Of a stretch of DNA of 64,000 bases, positions 60,091 to 64,000 are shown piece by piece. The notes under the pieces are model-generated. The model did not search any database, was not told the origin of the DNA, and was given only the letters and a program-made list of their open reading frames with translations. The stretch lies in NCBI RefSeq assembly GCF_009914755.1, contig NC_060941.1. One strand, given 5' to 3'. The position numbers and the translations under genes are program-made. The number at the start of each line of letters is the position of its first letter. Position 1 is the first letter of the stretch. Source of the stretch: the human T2T-CHM13v2.0 reference genome, Homo sapiens.

Positions 60091-60229
60091 TTGACTTTCA
60101 AGTTTTACACTTAACATAAAAGGCATTGTGTACCTGCTAGTTTGCTAGAAAAGGAGAAACCAAAGTGGTTAACAATTAACAAGTCTTCTTTTATTTTCCA
60201 GAAACTTAACTTGCTTTGATTCTTCTTAG

Positions 60230-60316
60230 ATATGTGGTAGATGGTGGCTTCGTGAAGCAGTTAAATCACAACCCCAGATTAGGGTTGGACATCCTGGAGG
60301 TGGTTCCAATTTCAAA
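60230..60316 (+). CDS. DHX40: DHX40 exon 9
   Basis: Acceptor cttag|A, donor AAA|gtaagt, 87 nt; [29 protein letters not shown]. Confidence 0.95.
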
Positions 60317-60454
60317 GTAAGTCTCTATGTCAAATCTTTTTATTCAAAGAACAACTGATTAGGTAATTTCTAGCTGTTTTGGGGAGACAAAGTAAATTAC
60401 CTGAGAAACCCACAGAACATTTTGGGGAATTTTTGGGTTTTTTTCCTTTTGTAG

Positions 60455-60637
60455 GAGCGAGGCATTACAGCGAAGTGGCCGAGCTGGCAGGACTTCTTCA
60501 GGAAAATGCTTTCGGATCTATAGTAAAGATTTTTGGAACCAGTGTATGCCTGACCATGTGATCCCTGAAATTAAGAGAACTAGTTTGACATCTGTAGTTC
60601 TGACCTTAAAGTGCCTTGCCATACACGATGTCATAAG
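60455..60637 (+). CDS. DHX40: DHX40 exon 10, motif VI (QRSGRAGR); gene continues past the window
   Basis: Acceptor ttgtag|G, donor AAG|gtatgt, 183 nt; [61 protein letters not shown]. Confidence 0.95.
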
Positions 60638-60736
60638 GTATGTAGACAACTAGAAAAAAAAGGAAAAACTTGTTAGCCTGGAACCAAGTTATTGGCTCAA
60701 AAATTATTTTGAAATATTTGACTGATACATCCCTGA

Positions 60737-61862
<1,126 letters not shown>

Positions 61863-62371
61863 GGGTATACAGTTGGAAAGTGGAGTGTTTTTTTTGTATG
61901 GCCAGCATCATACTATATACCATGAAAGACAGAGTAATACTCTGTAGTTTTTTGCTTTCACTAAGCTTAAGTTATATTAGGAAAACAAGGTTCAGACACG
62001 TGAAATAAAGGAAGAACAGTTAAATTAGCCAAATATTAATATAATTTATTGGTATAAGATAGAATATTGTTATAGATAGAAATTTCTATCATACATGGTA
62101 GGGGAATTAATGGAGGAAAGTACTATCTTCTTTATTTTGGTCTTAATTGCCTTGGAATGTAAAACTGCTCAGGAATTTTGGGGGATGGTAACCGTGCAGT
62201 TTTTAAATTCATAGTAAGTGATTATTAGGTGCATCCAAATATGTATTGTAGGCCGGGTGCGGTGGCTCACGCCTGTAATCCCAGCACTTTGGGAGGCCGA
62301 GACGGGTGGATCACCTGAGGTCAACCTGGCCAACATGGTGTAACCCTGTCTCTATTAAAAATACAAAATTA

Positions 62372-62572
<201 letters not shown>

Positions 62573-63089
62573 TCATTGTATACTCTTGGAAAGCCAATTT
62601 GCCAATTTCAAAATGTTTTGATAGTTATCATTAGATTAGAGATTTTCTGAATGAGAATATGTAGATACTGGAAAGAGAAAAGCATGTAATAAATGAAATT
62701 CTGACTGTAGCAATAAATTATACCAATGAAAAGAAGGAAAGCGCCATTTAAAGAAATCCAAAGAGCCCAATAGAAAACTTTCAGATGAACCCAGATATTA
62801 AAATAATGTCTTGATTTTTTTCATTTGGGGAAAAAGGGCCATTTTTGGAAATAGCTGCTCAGTAAGTTTGACATTGACTCTTAGTATATTCACAAAGGAT
62901 AGCAGAGCAGCCTCTAACCAAGAATGAGTATATATTAGAAAAATAGGAACAATAATTAATATCATCTGCATTGAATTATTTTTCCATCTTAAGTCTTAAA
63001 AGCCATAGTGTACTAAAAATCGCAAAATTATGTTTCAAAATGCTTGAAACAAAAAACAAAGACTTCCTTTTTAAAAAGTTGTATAAAGA

Positions 63090-63841
<752 letters not shown>

Positions 63842-64000
63842 TAATGGGTGCTCCACAAGAATTTATTGAAATTTAACCTAATGTCTTTTATTTTCAGCAC
63901 AGTATTTAACAATACTGCATTTGATATCTTGTGAATAAAAAAGTAGTCTGTAGATGACAGTACTGCTGAGTATAGTTGCCAGATAGCCCAGTCTAGAAAA

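Noticed and set aside
60185-60229. Alternative acceptor (ttttccag at 60201), 28 nt upstream of exon 9
   Set aside because: It would frameshift, and it lies upstream of the likely branch point (CTTAAC) used by the AG at 60229; no evidence of use.

Overview
Human/primate genomic DNA, very Alu-dense. The only protein-coding content is the 5' part of the DEAH-box RNA helicase gene DHX40 (+ strand): a CpG-island promoter at about 46.1-46.7 kb and coding exons 1-10 (46431-60637, 1343 nt, about 447 codons, all GT-AG and phase-consistent). The gene continues beyond the window. The upstream 46 kb is non-coding: roughly 70 Alus window-wide (only some listed), old L1 fragments, several ERV1 solo LTRs with target-site duplications (TSDs), DNA-transposon MITEs, an ancient RTE-clade LINE remnant, and a full-length retroposed U4 snRNA pseudogene (17528-17671, - strand). 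Almost all ORFs in the track are Alu or low-complexity artefacts. I found no new multi-gene system. The most unusual structures are: (1) a head-to-head Alu pair 41 bp apart that shares private mutations, pointing to gene conversion or template switching; (2) a ~195-bp locally templated insertion inside an LTR that preserves the pre-Alu state of its source 4.4 kb away; (3) an ancient palindromic element near 27.9 kb; (4) a convergent pair of CTCF-like motifs. Repeat subfamily names are from recall of consensus sequences and repeat boundaries are approximate.
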